From positions 32,257 through 96,256 of the forward strand of contig JAVJVN010000009.1 of NCBI GenBank assembly GCA_040221055.1: DNA of 64,000 nucleotides. Reading direction: 5' to 3'. Each line of letters opens with the position of its first letter. The stretch's first letter is position 1. The stretch is from Rhodothermales bacterium (GTDB lineage: Bacteria; Bacteroidota; Rhodothermia; Rhodothermales; UBA10348). A model generated the notes under the pieces. It did not search any database, was not told the DNA's origin, and saw nothing but the letters and a program-made list of their open reading frames with translations. The translations under genes and the position numbers were made by a program. Below are positions 1 to 9,704 of this stretch, in pieces.

Positions 1-486
1 CAACATGACCAACTCCGATACGCGCGCACCCGAAACATAGAAGAGACGCAACAGCAGTCGATTCCTGGAGGTATCTGCCTGATCGAGTATCAAGTGGAGT
101 TCATCTTCCGAAAGGATACGCTGGGCAAGCATATCCGGTATCTTGGGCAAGGAGACGGCTGCACCCACGTTGAACTCCGTGAATCCGATCTTGTGCGCAA
201 AACTGAGCAGACTCTTGATGGAAGCCAGCTTTCGGGCGCGTGTTGATACGGCCTTGCCGGAACGGTGCAGTTGCTCATCCCAACCCCACAGGTGTTCCAG
301 CTTGATGGCTGCAAGGGATATGTCGGCAAAATCAAAGAATTGCCGGATGTCGCGCACGTAGGCGTCACGGGAGTTCTCGCTCTTGCCGCGCAGCCACAAT
401 TGGATGACGTGATCGTCCGTACGAGCGGATGAAAGAGTGCCCGCGTCACCGCGGACAAGCTCAGGAAGAATCGAATCGGAAGCCAT
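1..486 (-). CDS. Tyrosine recombinase / phage-integrase family protein, N-terminal part (gene runs off the left edge)
   Basis: Absent from the ORF track because it has no stop inside the window. Minus-strand translation from ATG (486-484) stays open to base 1 (162 codons): MASDSILPELVRGDAGTLSSARTDDHVIQLWLRGKSENSRDAYVRDIRQFFDF...STRARKLASIKSLLSFAHKIGF...LSEDELHLILDQADTSRNRLLLRLFYVSGARVSELVML. This is a SAM-like core-binding domain followed by the start of the catalytic domain (LFYxxGxRxSEL, first catalytic Arg) of Xer/phage-integrase recombinases. Confidence 0.8.
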   Translation of the reverse strand, partial: MASDSILPELVRGDAGTLSSARTDDHVIQLWLRGKSENSRDAYVRDIRQFFDFADISLAAIKLEHLWGWDEQLHRSGKAVSTRARKLASIKSLLSFAHKIGFTEFNVGAAVSLPKIPDMLAQRILSEDELHLILDQADTSRNRLLLRLFYVSGARVSELVML

Positions 487-506
487 TCCAAGCGTGTTTT
501 TCATTC

Positions 507-540
507 ATGTGTAACATAAGGTTAATTATGTAACGTTACA
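507..540. promoter_or_regulatory. AT-rich divergent spacer with GTAAC half-site repeats, including the 12-bp palindrome TGTAACGTTACA (candidate operator or recombinase/regulator site)
   Basis: GTAAC at 511-515 and 530-534, its complement GTTAC at 535-539, and a perfect palindrome TGTAACGTTACA at 529-540. The site lies between the divergent integrase (ATG 486) and fxsA (ATG 577) in a stretch much more AT-rich than its surroundings. Function is inferred only. Confidence 0.3.
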
Positions 541-576
541 AGTGCCCGGGACTTTTGACCGGATCCGCGCGTAGGA

Positions 577-1068
577 ATGACTCATTCCAGCGGCAGTCTC
601 CTCAACATCCTAGACACTTCGGCATCCATCGGTATGCGCCTGTTCCTTCTGTTCGTCGTCGTTCCGGCAATCGAGCTCATGCTTCTTATTGAGATCGGCC
701 AGATCATAGGAACTCTTCCAACCTTCGGATTGATTGTGGTAACGGGTCTGGCTGGCTCGGCGTTGGCGCGTACTCAGGGACTTTCTGTTTGGAAAAAATT
801 CCAGGCGCGGCTCTCGGAGGGCCGCATGCCCGGAGCTGAGCTCATTGACGGGCTCATCATCCTGGTCTCCGGTGCGCTCCTGCTTACACCAGGTGTATTG
901 ACAGACATTTTGGGGTTGGCTGGTCTGATTCCCTTTACGCGTCGCATGCTCCGCAAACCCTTGTCAGCGTATGTCAGACAACACTTTACGTTGAACACAC
1001 GCTCCGGATTTACGGGTTCAGGAGAACATCAGATGACCGACGCCGAATGGTCTGTAGAAGATGACTGA
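577..1068 (+). CDS. fxsA: FxsA family inner-membrane protein
   Basis: ORF track. MRLFLLFVVVPAIELMLLIEIGQIIG...GLIVVTGLAGSALARTQG...LIDGLIILVSGALLLTPGVLTD matches the FxsA layout. The family-typical N-terminus corresponds to the internal ATG at 634, so the true start may be 634 rather than 577. Confidence 0.75.
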   Translation: MTHSSGSLLNILDTSASIGMRLFLLFVVVPAIELMLLIEIGQIIGTLPTFGLIVVTGLAGSALARTQGLSVWKKFQARLSEGRMPGAELIDGLIILVSGALLLTPGVLTDILGLAGLIPFTRRMLRKPLSAYVRQHFTLNTRSGFTGSGEHQMTDAEWSVEDD

Positions 1069-1552
1069 TATCTCCTTTCCACTTCAGGAATCAATTGACG
1101 CGCTGGAAGAGCAATTCGCAACGATGTATGCGCTTGTGCCTCAGTTGGTTGTGAGGGACACAGACACTTCGGGATGGTCTGTCAGTCAGCATTTGGAGCA
1201 TATATGCATTGTTGCTGGCGGATTCGCTGTGGTACTCCTGACCGGTCGCGGACCGCGCCTGGAGCCAACGCATCCCGAATATCGGCCTGAGGTCCTGAAT
1301 GAAGGGCGCATTCCTCGCGGAAAAGTCAAAGCCCCTCCGGTTGCTCAGCCGACAGGCATCGAAGATCCGGATGCGTTGACTGCGCTGCTGAAGAAAACGC
1401 ACGGCAGGCTGAAAAACGCCATGTCGCAGCCACCGGACCGATCAGCGGATCATCCACTGTTGGGCACATTCTCCCGGGACGAAGTCTTCCGGTTCCTGGT
1501 GGTTCACAACGCGCATCATCTTGCCATCATCGACGATATTCTAGGATCGTAG
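1061..1552 (+). CDS. DinB-superfamily (DinB_2-like) four-helix-bundle protein
   Basis: ATG 1061 overlaps the fxsA stop by 8 nt. WSVSQHLEHI near the N-terminus and HPLLGTFSRDEVFRFLVVHNAHHLAIIDDI at the C-terminus fit the DinB/YfiT-like His-triad pattern. The specific function is unknown. Confidence 0.65.
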   Translation: MTDISFPLQESIDALEEQFATMYALVPQLVVRDTDTSGWSVSQHLEHICIVAGGFAVVLLTGRGPRLEPTHPEYRPEVLNEGRIPRGKVKAPPVAQPTGIEDPDALTALLKKTHGRLKNAMSQPPDRSADHPLLGTFSRDEVFRFLVVHNAHHLAIIDDILGS

Positions 1553-4150
1553 GTTGTCGACAACGTGCGTACGCGCAGCCCGGATGGTTTGCGTAGCAAC
1601 GGTTGCGACTGCCAACAGGGCGATAAGCAAAACAGACCATACCACGGTCCCAATGCCCGGTTCAATCCCATTACTCAGATTTGAGAGCCACAAGGCATTC
1701 AACAGCCAGGCTACCGGCGTCCCTATTGCAACGCCAAAAAGCATCATGACGATTGTCTCACGCGAGAGCAGCAGGGCAACCTGTTCGTGTGATGCGCCGA
1801 GCGCCTGGCGGATTCCAACTTCCCGTGTTCGGTGACGCGCGGTATACATGGCCATACCGAACAGGCCCAAGCAGGATATCAACACGGAGAAAAAGGCAAA
1901 GACACCGACGATGGACAACAGGTCAGCGAACAGGAGGACAATGAAATTGTTTTTCAGCTCATCATCCAATACCTGCAAAATCGGTGCGTGAACGGTCGGC
2001 AATTGTGACCACTCCCTCGTGATACCAGAGATGGCGTCCTGGACGCCCCCGGGAACGGTTGTCACGACGGCATACCGGAATTCAGACGGTCGGTAGCGCA
2101 CGGAAATGGGATCACCAGAGCGCATTGGATCGGCCGATATGAAATCGGCAATTACGCCAATGACCGTGGCAGGAGACCCATCGACTGTCAGAACAGCGTC
2201 CACGGCGTCAACGGGTGATGTAAATCCGAGTTTTCTGACGGCCGACGCACCCAGGATTACCGCATCGGTCGAATCCGTGGTACGCGCTGGATCGAAATTC
2301 CGTCCGGCCAACAGGTCAAGACCCATGACGTCCAGCCATGCTTCATCGACCGAGAAATGGTGGGAATTGACCGAATCGGCCAGGCTGGGACGATAGAGCC
2401 ATGCACCGTTCGTTGATCCCAGCCCCGGGACCTTGTCGCTTCCGGCAATGCGGACGATCGACGGGTTGGATGCCACTGCGTTCTTCAGCCGATCGAACGG
2501 CACATCCTGTAGCGCGATGTTGACAACGTGCTCCCGGTTGAATCCATAGTCGGTGTTAGCCATATGCCGGAACTGACCGAGCATCATGAATGACGTCACC
2601 ACGAAGACAATGGAAAATGCGAACTGGGATGTCGTCACGACCTTCCGGAACCGACCCCGATCAGGTGCATGCCCGGAGCCCGTGCCGGCGAGAACGGTTG
2701 TCGTATTGACTCGTGTAAACCGGCGCGCCGGGTACACCCCCGCCAGGATACCGACCGCCAACGTGAAGGCAATGGCCAGGCCGTACACCCACATATCCTT
2801 GCCCAGGTCGATCAGGATCTGGTTCTCTGAAAAAGAAATGAGCGAGAGACTGTTGAAGGCTGGAAGCAACCACATCAGAATGCCGGCTGCAATCAGGAGC
2901 GCCAAGAGCGCAATCAGGACGGCTTCTACAATGAACTGAAAGAAAATGGACGACGTTCCAGCTCCCATCGTCCGACGGATGCCAATTTCCTTGAACCGGG
3001 TCGTTCCTCTGGCAACGGTCAGCGTGACATAGTTGAAACCGGCAATCAGCATGATGACGAGCCCGAATCCACCCAGGAAAAACGCAGCAATTCGGGGCAT
3101 GACCGCACCGAGCTGGTTGGCCATGAGCATGCCCAGGTTGATGTCCGTGAGTGGCTGCAACACGAACGCATCGTATCGGTGCTCGCCGGATGGATCTGTG
3201 TAGGCCGATGTCCGGAGTCGTTCCAGCGATTGCTGCAGGCGGTCGACGGTGTCATCCTGAATCACCACGTATGTATACGAGCGTGACATCGACGTCCGCC
3301 AGTCGGCCAACTGTTGGGTAAACACTGGATTCTCGGTCAACGTCGTGAGCGAAGCCAATGCATCGAAACGGAAGTGGCTGTGTGGATTCGCTTCAATGAG
3401 TCCGGTTACCGTGAACGTCCTCCCTCCCGGCTCAATGAGCACCTGTCCCACCGGCTCGGTGGTACGTCCAAAAAGGCGAATGGCGGATTCCGGGGTGAGC
3501 AAGAGGGATCCCGGCGCGGACAGGGCGGATTCCGGGTCGCCATCCAGCATCCGGAAATCGAATGTCTTCAGGAAATCCGGACCTACATAAAGTCCCGGCG
3601 TCCGAATGGCGTTGTCATCAACAATGAACTCGCCGGAGAAGCCATCACGAACGTGGACGGCACTCTCCACGCCAATTCCCTCGGCCAACAGTTGTTCGGC
3701 CAGGGTGGACGGAGACGTGGCATACATCTCAGACTCCACATTGGACGGGGACTTGTAGTCCGAGACAATCCGGTAGGTCTGGTCTGCCTTCTCATGGAAT
3801 GTGTCATACCGCCATTGGTCTGCAATGAAGAGCAGAACCAGCAGACAGAGTGCCATGCTGACACCCAATCCGAAGATATTGATGGCCGAGAACGTTGCGT
3901 TCCGGGAGACGACCCGAAACCCTGTTTTGAGATGGTGTGACCACATCATGGCATGCCACAGAACGTATTGTTGAAACAGAAACGGGAAAGAATGCAGGAT
4001 GATGGCCCATAGGTGGAATCGGGCCTTGGTGGGTCCGTGTGTACATTCGTACCACACGTACTCCTCGGAAAGGTCTCCGACGAGGTGGTGCAGGTCCTTC
4101 GGCAAAAGGAAGCCGAGTACACGAAGGGATATGGGCTCCCGACGGCTCAA
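1541..4150 (-). CDS. Duplicated FtsX/MacB-type ABC permease with a PadR-associated N-terminal prefix region; no adjacent ATPase
   Basis: ORF track 1541..4246 (901 aa). Two modules, each a large periplasmic domain followed by 4 TM helices (e.g. IGIRRTMGAGTSSIFFQFIVEAVLIALLALL and VGIRQALGASHEQVALLLSRETIVMMLFGVAIG, FtsX-type). I place the start at the in-frame TTG 4150-4148, which overlaps the padR stop TGA 4149-4147. A GTG at 4180 is an alternative. After the TTG the protein reads SRREPISLRVLGFLLPKDLHHLVGDLSEEY. Confidence 0.8.
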   Translation of the reverse strand: MSRREPISLRVLGFLLPKDLHHLVGDLSEEYVWYECTHGPTKARFHLWAIILHSFPFLFQQYVLWHAMMWSHHLKTGFRVVSRNATFSAINIFGLGVSMALCLLVLLFIADQWRYDTFHEKADQTYRIVSDYKSPSNVESEMYATSPSTLAEQLLAEGIGVESAVHVRDGFSGEFIVDDNAIRTPGLYVGPDFLKTFDFRMLDGDPESALSAPGSLLLTPESAIRLFGRTTEPVGQVLIEPGGRTFTVTGLIEANPHSHFRFDALASLTTLTENPVFTQQLADWRTSMSRSYTYVVIQDDTVDRLQQSLERLRTSAYTDPSGEHRYDAFVLQPLTDINLGMLMANQLGAVMPRIAAFFLGGFGLVIMLIAGFNYVTLTVARGTTRFKEIGIRRTMGAGTSSIFFQFIVEAVLIALLALLIAAGILMWLLPAFNSLSLISFSENQILIDLGKDMWVYGLAIAFTLAVGILAGVYPARRFTRVNTTTVLAGTGSGHAPDRGRFRKVVTTSQFAFSIVFVVTSFMMLGQFRHMANTDYGFNREHVVNIALQDVPFDRLKNAVASNPSIVRIAGSDKVPGLGSTNGAWLYRPSLADSVNSHHFSVDEAWLDVMGLDLLAGRNFDPARTTDSTDAVILGASAVRKLGFTSPVDAVDAVLTVDGSPATVIGVIADFISADPMRSGDPISVRYRPSEFRYAVVTTVPGGVQDAISGITREWSQLPTVHAPILQVLDDELKNNFIVLLFADLLSIVGVFAFFSVLISCLGLFGMAMYTARHRTREVGIRQALGASHEQVALLLSRETIVMMLFGVAIGTPVAWLLNALWLSNLSNGIEPGIGTVVWSVLLIALLAVATVATQTIRAARTHVVDNLRS

Positions 4151-4467
4151 TTCGACGGTACCGGAGTCAGGCCAGACCACGCTGCCTCGGTCAGTGCACG
4201 GACGGCGGATAGTGCACGTACACCTTTGTCGGACAATCGGTAACACCGTTTGGAGCGACCACCCCGTTCATCAGTCGGGTCGCTGTCCCAGTACTCCAAG
4301 TAGCCGCGCCGTGCCAGTCGCTTCAAGGGACTGTAGACGGCACCGATCGACCACTCGGTGTCTGTGAGATCACCCAGGAGTGCGCGGATGGTGAGACCGT
4401 AGGCGTCACCTTGCAAGCGCCAGACGACCAACAGGATGAGTTCTTCCGTTCGGGACAGGTAATCCAT
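4147..4467 (-). CDS. PadR family transcriptional regulator
   Basis: 106 aa, ATG at 4467. LILLVVWRLQGDAYGLTIRALLGDLTD..WSIGAVYSPLKRLARRGYLEYWDSDPTDERGGRSKRCYRLSDKG is the typical PadR winged-helix pattern. Confidence 0.87.
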   Translation of the reverse strand: MDYLSRTEELILLVVWRLQGDAYGLTIRALLGDLTDTEWSIGAVYSPLKRLARRGYLEYWDSDPTDERGGRSKRCYRLSDKGVRALSAVRALTEAAWSGLTPVPSN

Positions 4468-4470
4468 GGC

Positions 4471-4495
4471 ATTTGTTTGGTTATGCCGAACAAAT
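4471..4495. promoter_or_regulatory. Inverted repeat ATTTGTT-N11-AACAAAT just upstream of padR (candidate autoregulatory operator)
   Basis: ATTTGTT at 4471-4477 and AACAAAT at 4489-4495, 4-28 nt upstream of the padR ATG (4467). PadR proteins commonly bind palindromes in their own promoters (family knowledge). Binding here is inference. Confidence 0.3.
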
Positions 4496-4550
4496 ACGCA
4501 GGATCGCTGCCATGGTTACGCCAAGGCGAAATATCGCGGTCCTTTGATAC

Positions 4551-4587
4551 GTAAAAAGCTCCTTCAGATACACTGAAGGAGCTTTTC
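4551..4587 (-). terminator. Rho-independent terminator after tRNA-Lys
   Basis: Arms AGCTCCTTCAG (4557-4567) and CTGAAGGAGCT (4573-4583) with a 5-nt loop, extendable by A/T pairs. On the minus strand the stem is followed by TTTTTAC (complement of 4551-4557). Confidence 0.6.
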
Positions 4588-4588
4588 G

Positions 4589-4661
<73 letters not shown>

Positions 4662-4738
4662 GGGTTGGCGCTTGTCAACGCCACTCCCGGCGCCGGGTTC
4701 GGCGAAAATGTGAGGCCTGCGTGAAAAGATTCGTCACG

Positions 4739-6670
4739 CTACACGTCCAGCTCCTGGACTTCGCCGGCACCGTTCATGATGAAATCAAAACGGGCAGATG
4801 CATCTTTCCCCATAAGGTCTGAAATGGTCTGCTCCGTACGCATGCGTTCAGCATCGGGTATGGCCACCTGCAACAACCGCCGCCTGTCAGGGTCGAGCGT
4901 GGTCTCGTGCAGGGTTGCCGGCATCATCTCGCCAAGACCCTTGAAACGCTGGAGCTCGATCTTGGCATTCTTGTTTTTCTTGCGGATGAGTTTCTCAATG
5001 CGTTCCCGGTCAAGATCATCCAGGGCCCACCAGGTCTGTTTTGCGGCGTCCATGCGATACAGGGGTGGCTGGGCGATGTAGACGTACCCCTCCTCTATCA
5101 GCGGCTTCATGTACCGGTACAGGAAGGTCAACAGCAACGTCGTGATGTGATGACCATCGGAATCGGCATCCATGAGCAGGATGATCTTGTGATAGCGGAG
5201 CTTCGCGACGTCCAGCTGATCGCCCAGTCCACATCCCAGAGCCTGGACCACATTCGACAATTCCTTGTTCTCCATGACCTTGCTGAGCGTGGCCTGTTCG
5301 GCATTCAGCACCTTCCCACGAAGCGGCAGAATGGCCTGCGTGTTCCGGTTGCGCCCCTGCTTGGCCGATCCACCCGCCGAGTCGCCCTCAACAATGAACA
5401 ATTCGCTCTCTGCCGGATCGGTACTCGAACAATCAGCCAACTTGCCGGGCAGGTTCAACCGGTGTGATACGCTGGACTTGCGCCGGACGCTGGAAGCGGC
5501 CGCCCGGCTTGCGTGCCGGGCCTTTGCCGCCTGCACAATACGGGTGGCAATGGCGTCTCCCGTCGTGGGATGCTGGTTCAGGAATTGCTCCAACTCCAGG
5601 CGAACCGCACCGGCAACAATGGACTTGATTTCCGGATTGTTCAGTTTTTCCTTCGTCTGGCCCTGGAACTGGGGATCGACCATGAACAGGTTCACCACGC
5701 CCACGATTCCCTCCCGGATATCATCCGCGGAAATCTCAAGTTTTTTCGGCATGAGGTCGTGCGTGTCCATGTAGGCGCGTACTGCCGAGCGTACGGCATC
5801 CCGGAAGCCCTGCTCATGGGTCCCCCCATCCCGGGTCGGAATGCCATTCACGAACGAACGAACCAGTTCCCGCGGCGACTCTGTCCACTGCAAGGCCAGC
5901 TCCACGCGGGCGCCATCCGTCATGTCTGCCTGCCGGATGACGAACGATTCCGGATGAACCGGGCGGGCGCCCGCCTCTTCCAGCAAATGCTGCTGGTATT
6001 CGGATATACCCCCTTCGTGGTGGAATTCCTTCTTGGTACCGGTAACCTCGTTCCGGAAGGCAATCCTGAGCGCTCCATTCAGGTAGGTTTTGATTTCGAG
6101 GTTTTCCTCGATCAGTTCGGCGTCGAACTCGACGGTCTCGAAGATCTCCGGATCTGGCCGGAAATAGGTGGTCGTTCCCGATCCCCGCGAATTGGAGGCC
6201 GTTTTCAGCAGTTTCGAAACCGGAACACCGCGCTCGTAGCGCTGCTCCCATGTCCCCCCGTCCCGCTTGATGGTAATCAGCAGCTCTTCCGAAAGGGCAT
6301 TCACCACGGACGCACCGACCCCGTGCAAGCCACCGGACGTGATATAGTTGCTGGAGTCGAATTTGCCTCCGGAATGCAGGGTGGTCAGAATAAGCTGGAC
6401 CGTAGGAATCTTCTTGGTCGGGTGGATATCCACGGGGATGCCCCGACCGTTGTCCGACACGGTAATGGAACGACCATCCCGGTGGAGTACGACGTCAATG
6501 TGGGAGGCATACCCGTTCGTGGCTTCATCCACCGAGTTGTCGACGACTTCCCAAAGCAGATGATGCAAGCCGGGCTTTCCGGTGCCCCCGATATACATGC
6601 CCGGTCGCTTCCGGACGGGTTCGAGCCCCTCCAGCACCTGGATGTTTTCTCCCGTGTACAAATTGCTCAT
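4739..6670 (-). CDS. parE: Type IIA topoisomerase B subunit, most likely topoisomerase IV subunit B
   Basis: 643 aa. GHKL ATPase motifs [55 protein letters not shown]. Toprim motifs [30 protein letters not shown]. Called ParE rather than GyrB mainly because it is ATGA-coupled (6667-6670) to an A subunit with ParC hallmarks. Confidence 0.8.
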   Translation of the reverse strand: MSNLYTGENIQVLEGLEPVRKRPGMYIGGTGKPGLHHLLWEVVDNSVDEATNGYASHIDVVLHRDGRSITVSDNGRGIPVDIHPTKKIPTVQLILTTLHSGGKFDSSNYITSGGLHGVGASVVNALSEELLITIKRDGGTWEQRYERGVPVSKLLKTASNSRGSGTTTYFRPDPEIFETVEFDAELIEENLEIKTYLNGALRIAFRNEVTGTKKEFHHEGGISEYQQHLLEEAGARPVHPESFVIRQADMTDGARVELALQWTESPRELVRSFVNGIPTRDGGTHEQGFRDAVRSAVRAYMDTHDLMPKKLEISADDIREGIVGVVNLFMVDPQFQGQTKEKLNNPEIKSIVAGAVRLELEQFLNQHPTTGDAIATRIVQAAKARHASRAAASSVRRKSSVSHRLNLPGKLADCSSTDPAESELFIVEGDSAGGSAKQGRNRNTQAILPLRGKVLNAEQATLSKVMENKELSNVVQALGCGLGDQLDVAKLRYHKIILLMDADSDGHHITTLLLTFLYRYMKPLIEEGYVYIAQPPLYRMDAAKQTWWALDDLDRERIEKLIRKKNKNAKIELQRFKGLGEMMPATLHETTLDPDRRRLLQVAIPDAERMRTEQTISDLMGKDASARFDFIMNGAGEVQELDV

Positions 6671-8988
6671 TCTGAACGGATTTCTACGGTTTCATAGACC
6701 ACACGGGCAACGCCACCCCGCTTGATGATCAGTTTGCCCTTGTTGGCACGGTTGGCCACGTCAAACTTGGTCGTGCGGACAATCTCCGTCCGTCCGCGAC
6801 TGGTTTCCAGCTCGAGACCCTGGCGGGCCGCATCGGACAGCGTCCAGCCTGCCACCTGATCCTTCGCTTCCAGGCGGATGGCCCGTACCCCTTTGGCCGC
6901 ACTCTTCATGATCGGCACCTGATTCACGGGGAAAATCAGGCAATAGCCACCCCGCGAGGCCAAACACACATTTTCCCCGCCACCGGCGATTTCAGCCCGG
7001 ATGACTTCGGCACCCTTCTGCAAGCGCATGAACATCCGCCCGGCAACCGTCGACGGATCGGAAAAATTCTCCAGGGGCAACCGCAATATCTGGCCATCCG
7101 TCGACACGCCCACGATGGTCAACGGCTCTTCGACCGGTTCGCCGTTCTCACCGAACAATTCAGGGGCATCCTCGGCTCGCGGTGCAGGTTTCGGCAATGA
7201 CCGTCGGTCCGTGCACACCACACCGACAATGTGTTCCCTGTCCGAGAAATCGAACAACTTCTGGACAGGCGCTCCGTGACCCGTCGTGCTCAACAGGGCT
7301 TCCACCCGGCACGTGTAGGCCTTCCCGAAGTTCGTCACGAAAATGACCGCCTCCCGGGTCGTGGACGGGTAAATCCAATTGACGGAGTCCCCGTCACGAA
7401 CGCGGATGCTTTCCACATCTCCGTAGGAACGCTGCCGTTTTACCCAACCGTCCGCGGTCACAATGACGAAGACGTCTTCCTCCACGATATAGTCCTCGGC
7501 AGAGTATTCGATGGCCTCATCTGGACCCGCGATGGGTGTCCTGCGCGGATCGGCAAATTTCTCCTTCAGATCCCGCAGTTCGGTTCGGATGATGCTCCAT
7601 CGCGCAGGTTCATCGGCAAGCAATGCCCGGATTTCCGCGGCCTTCGCCTCCTTTTCCTCCAGTTCCGTCCGGATGGCATCGATTTCCAGCTTGGAAAGCT
7701 TGTACAGCTTCGTTTCCAGGATGGCATCAGCCTGGATGTCATCCAGGCCAAAACGATGCATGAGGCGCTGGGCGGCATCCGCCTTGTTGTCCGATGAACG
7801 GATTATCCGGATGGCTTCGTCCAGGGCGCTGAAGATTTTCTCGAACCCGCGCAGGATGTGGATCCGTTTTTCCAGCTGAGCGAGGTCATACTCCAGCCTC
7901 CGGACCACCACCTGCATCCGGAAATCAAGGAAATGCCGGAGAATCGTGACCAGGTCCACACGTGCCGGAGCGCACACTTCGGGATTGTCTGTCGGGATGA
8001 GGCACGTCAGGTTGACGTGGAATTTGGTCTGAAGCGACGTGTGTTTCAGGAGATATGCCATGGCTACGTCCTGATCGGCACCGCGTTTGATTTCCAGCAC
8101 AATGCGCACGTCGTCCGTCGATTCGTCGCGCACATCCACCAATTGGGGGATTTTTCCCTTCAGGATGTGGTCCGCTATCTGCTCGATGAGGGCACTCTTG
8201 GTGAGTCCGTACGGAATACTCGTGATGATGACGCGCGATTTGCCCTCCATCTCATATTCCCCCCGCAACTCGATGGCCCCTTCCCCCTGCTCATAGATCT
8301 GCCGGATGGAATCAGGGGTATTCAGGATCCGGCCGCCCGTCGGAAAATCGGGGCCTTTGATGTGGTTCTCGACGAGGGTCGATACGCGCGCATTCGGGGA
8401 TGCAATCAGGTAGATGCAGGCGTCCACCAATTCCGCCAGGTTGTGCGGTGGAATGTTCGTGGCCATACCCACTGCAATGCCCGATGCGCCATTCAGCAGC
8501 AGGTTCGGGACACTGGTGGGCAGCACGACGGGCTCGAACAGCGTTCCGTCGAAGGTCGGCCGGTACGCAACCGTATCCTTACGCAGTTCCTGCAGCAGCT
8601 CCATGGCCAGCGGTTGCAGCTTGGCCTCGGTGTAGCGCATGGCCGCCGGCGAATCCCCATCCAGGGACCCGAAATTCCCGTGACCATCCACGAGCGGCGC
8701 ACGAAGTGAAAACGATTGCGCCATCCGGACCATGGCGTCGTAGATGGCGGAATCACCGTGTGGGTGGTACTTGCCCATGACCTCCCCCACCACCGTTGCG
8801 CTCTTCCTGAATCGCCCGTCGGGGTAAAGGTGCAGGTTGTTGAACATCGCGTACAGGATGCGACGCTGGACCGGCTTCAGACCATCCCGGATATCGGGCA
8901 AGGCCCGGCTGGTAATAACGGACAACGCATAGTTCAGATACCTGGAACGCGTTGTTTCATGCAATGGGATGACATCTACAACAGGCAT
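6667..8988 (-). CDS. parC: Type IIA topoisomerase A subunit, most likely topoisomerase IV subunit A
   Basis: 773 aa. [51 protein letters not shown] (active-site Tyr). Three things favour ParC: KPVQRR (E. coli ParC type; GyrA has KPVHRR), the short length, and no GyrA-box-like QRRGGKG in the C-terminal domain. Confidence 0.8.
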   Translation of the reverse strand: MPVVDVIPLHETTRSRYLNYALSVITSRALPDIRDGLKPVQRRILYAMFNNLHLYPDGRFRKSATVVGEVMGKYHPHGDSAIYDAMVRMAQSFSLRAPLVDGHGNFGSLDGDSPAAMRYTEAKLQPLAMELLQELRKDTVAYRPTFDGTLFEPVVLPTSVPNLLLNGASGIAVGMATNIPPHNLAELVDACIYLIASPNARVSTLVENHIKGPDFPTGGRILNTPDSIRQIYEQGEGAIELRGEYEMEGKSRVIITSIPYGLTKSALIEQIADHILKGKIPQLVDVRDESTDDVRIVLEIKRGADQDVAMAYLLKHTSLQTKFHVNLTCLIPTDNPEVCAPARVDLVTILRHFLDFRMQVVVRRLEYDLAQLEKRIHILRGFEKIFSALDEAIRIIRSSDNKADAAQRLMHRFGLDDIQADAILETKLYKLSKLEIDAIRTELEEKEAKAAEIRALLADEPARWSIIRTELRDLKEKFADPRRTPIAGPDEAIEYSAEDYIVEEDVFVIVTADGWVKRQRSYGDVESIRVRDGDSVNWIYPSTTREAVIFVTNFGKAYTCRVEALLSTTGHGAPVQKLFDFSDREHIVGVVCTDRRSLPKPAPRAEDAPELFGENGEPVEEPLTIVGVSTDGQILRLPLENFSDPSTVAGRMFMRLQKGAEVIRAEIAGGGENVCLASRGGYCLIFPVNQVPIMKSAAKGVRAIRLEAKDQVAGWTLSDAARQGLELETSRGRTEIVRTTKFDVANRANKGKLIIKRGGVARVVYETVEIRSE

Positions 8989-9033
8989 GATCGGAGCACA
9001 ATAACGGGCGTTTGGGGACGGAAGGAATGTACG

Positions 9034-9054
9034 AAAAAATCCGGCACGTCCGGA
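9034..9054 (-). terminator. Candidate weak rho-independent terminator after the AlbA_2 gene
   Basis: The minus strand after the TGA (9059-9057) reads CGTCCGGACGTGCCGGATTTTTTCG. The stem is TCCGG/CCGGA (9054-9050 / 9044-9040) with a 5-nt loop, followed by T6 (complement of 9034-9039). The stem is short, so confidence is modest. Confidence 0.45.
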
Positions 9055-9056
9055 CG

Positions 9057-9704
9057 TCAGTCCGCGAAGTGGAGCGTGAAATAGTCTCCGCGGTCACTCG
9101 TGTGATGCGCCAGGACACCCGCCCGCGTCAGCGTCACCAGAAGTTCACCCGCCGTGGATCGATCCGTATTGGAGACATTGGCCCACGTTGCCACGGTAAT
9201 GCTCCCGTACTGCTCCAGATAGCGCAAGAGGATCATTTCCTGTTCGCCCATCTCGAAATGGACGCCCTCATTGGATGTCTCTGACCGGAGCAGGGAAACC
9301 GTTTCAGGGCTCGCCTCGACGCTCATTTCATCCACACGGATATAGGCCGTTTGCGATCCGCCCCCATCAGGCAACAGGAAATGCGGCTTGATTCCGCTGC
9401 GCGGCACGGTCACGACGAGGACGTCCCGCTTGTTCGTGACCGGTACCCGATAACTCCGCCACCGGACGGGCGGACGACAATGGGAGGAGACGGCCTGGCG
9501 CAACGAAAACTCCTCTTCTTCCGCATCCTTTACACCCACGACCGAGCCATCATCGTTCACTCCGATCAATACGGTACCTCCGCCGGTGTTCGCGAAGGCA
9601 ATCATTTCCTTGGCAATCCGCTCGTGTGTCGGAACGCGTCGCTTGAATTCGATGTGCTGCCCCTCTCCCCTGGCCACGATCCGTTTGACATCTTCAAGGG
9701 TCAT
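9057..9704 (-). CDS. AlbA_2 (Schlafen-like) DNA/RNA-binding domain protein with C-terminal winged-helix-like region
   Basis: 215 aa. [45 protein letters not shown]...[16 protein letters not shown] matches the AlbA_2 pattern (E.K....i.k.i.AFANt.GG.l.iGV.d.G.i.G). The tail [40 protein letters not shown] is wHTH-like. ATG 9704 overlaps the gpsA stop (ATGA). Confidence 0.7.
   Translation of the reverse strand: MTLEDVKRIVARGEGQHIEFKRRVPTHERIAKEMIAFANTGGGTVLIGVNDDGSVVGVKDAEEEEFSLRQAVSSHCRPPVRWRSYRVPVTNKRDVLVVTVPRSGIKPHFLLPDGGGSQTAYIRVDEMSVEASPETVSLLRSETSNEGVHFEMGEQEMILLRYLEQYGSITVATWANVSNTDRSTAGELLVTLTRAGVLAHHTSDRGDYFTLHFAD

Noticed and set aside
90-491. 133-aa minus-strand ORF from the track (MEWLPIRFFLSLSAV...)
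   Set aside because: Its composition is Cys/Pro/Ser/Arg-rich nonsense. The overlapping frame starting at ATG 486 encodes a clear tyrosine-recombinase N-terminus, so this ORF is a wrong-frame shadow.
4662-4738. Possible own promoter for tRNA-Lys (TTGACA at 4678-4673 on the minus strand)
   Set aside because: The hexamer lies only 11 nt from the mature 5' end with no -10 element after it, which is incompatible with promoter geometry. No alternative pair was found.
5513-6697. 394-aa plus-strand ORF
   Set aside because: It is entirely antisense to parE, which has unambiguous GHKL/Toprim motifs. This is a typical GC-rich shadow ORF with Arg/Gly/Pro-rich low-complexity translation.
7858-8709. 283-aa plus-strand ORF (and the neighbouring 7231-7797)
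   Set aside because: It is antisense to parC, has no motifs and has shadow-ORF composition.
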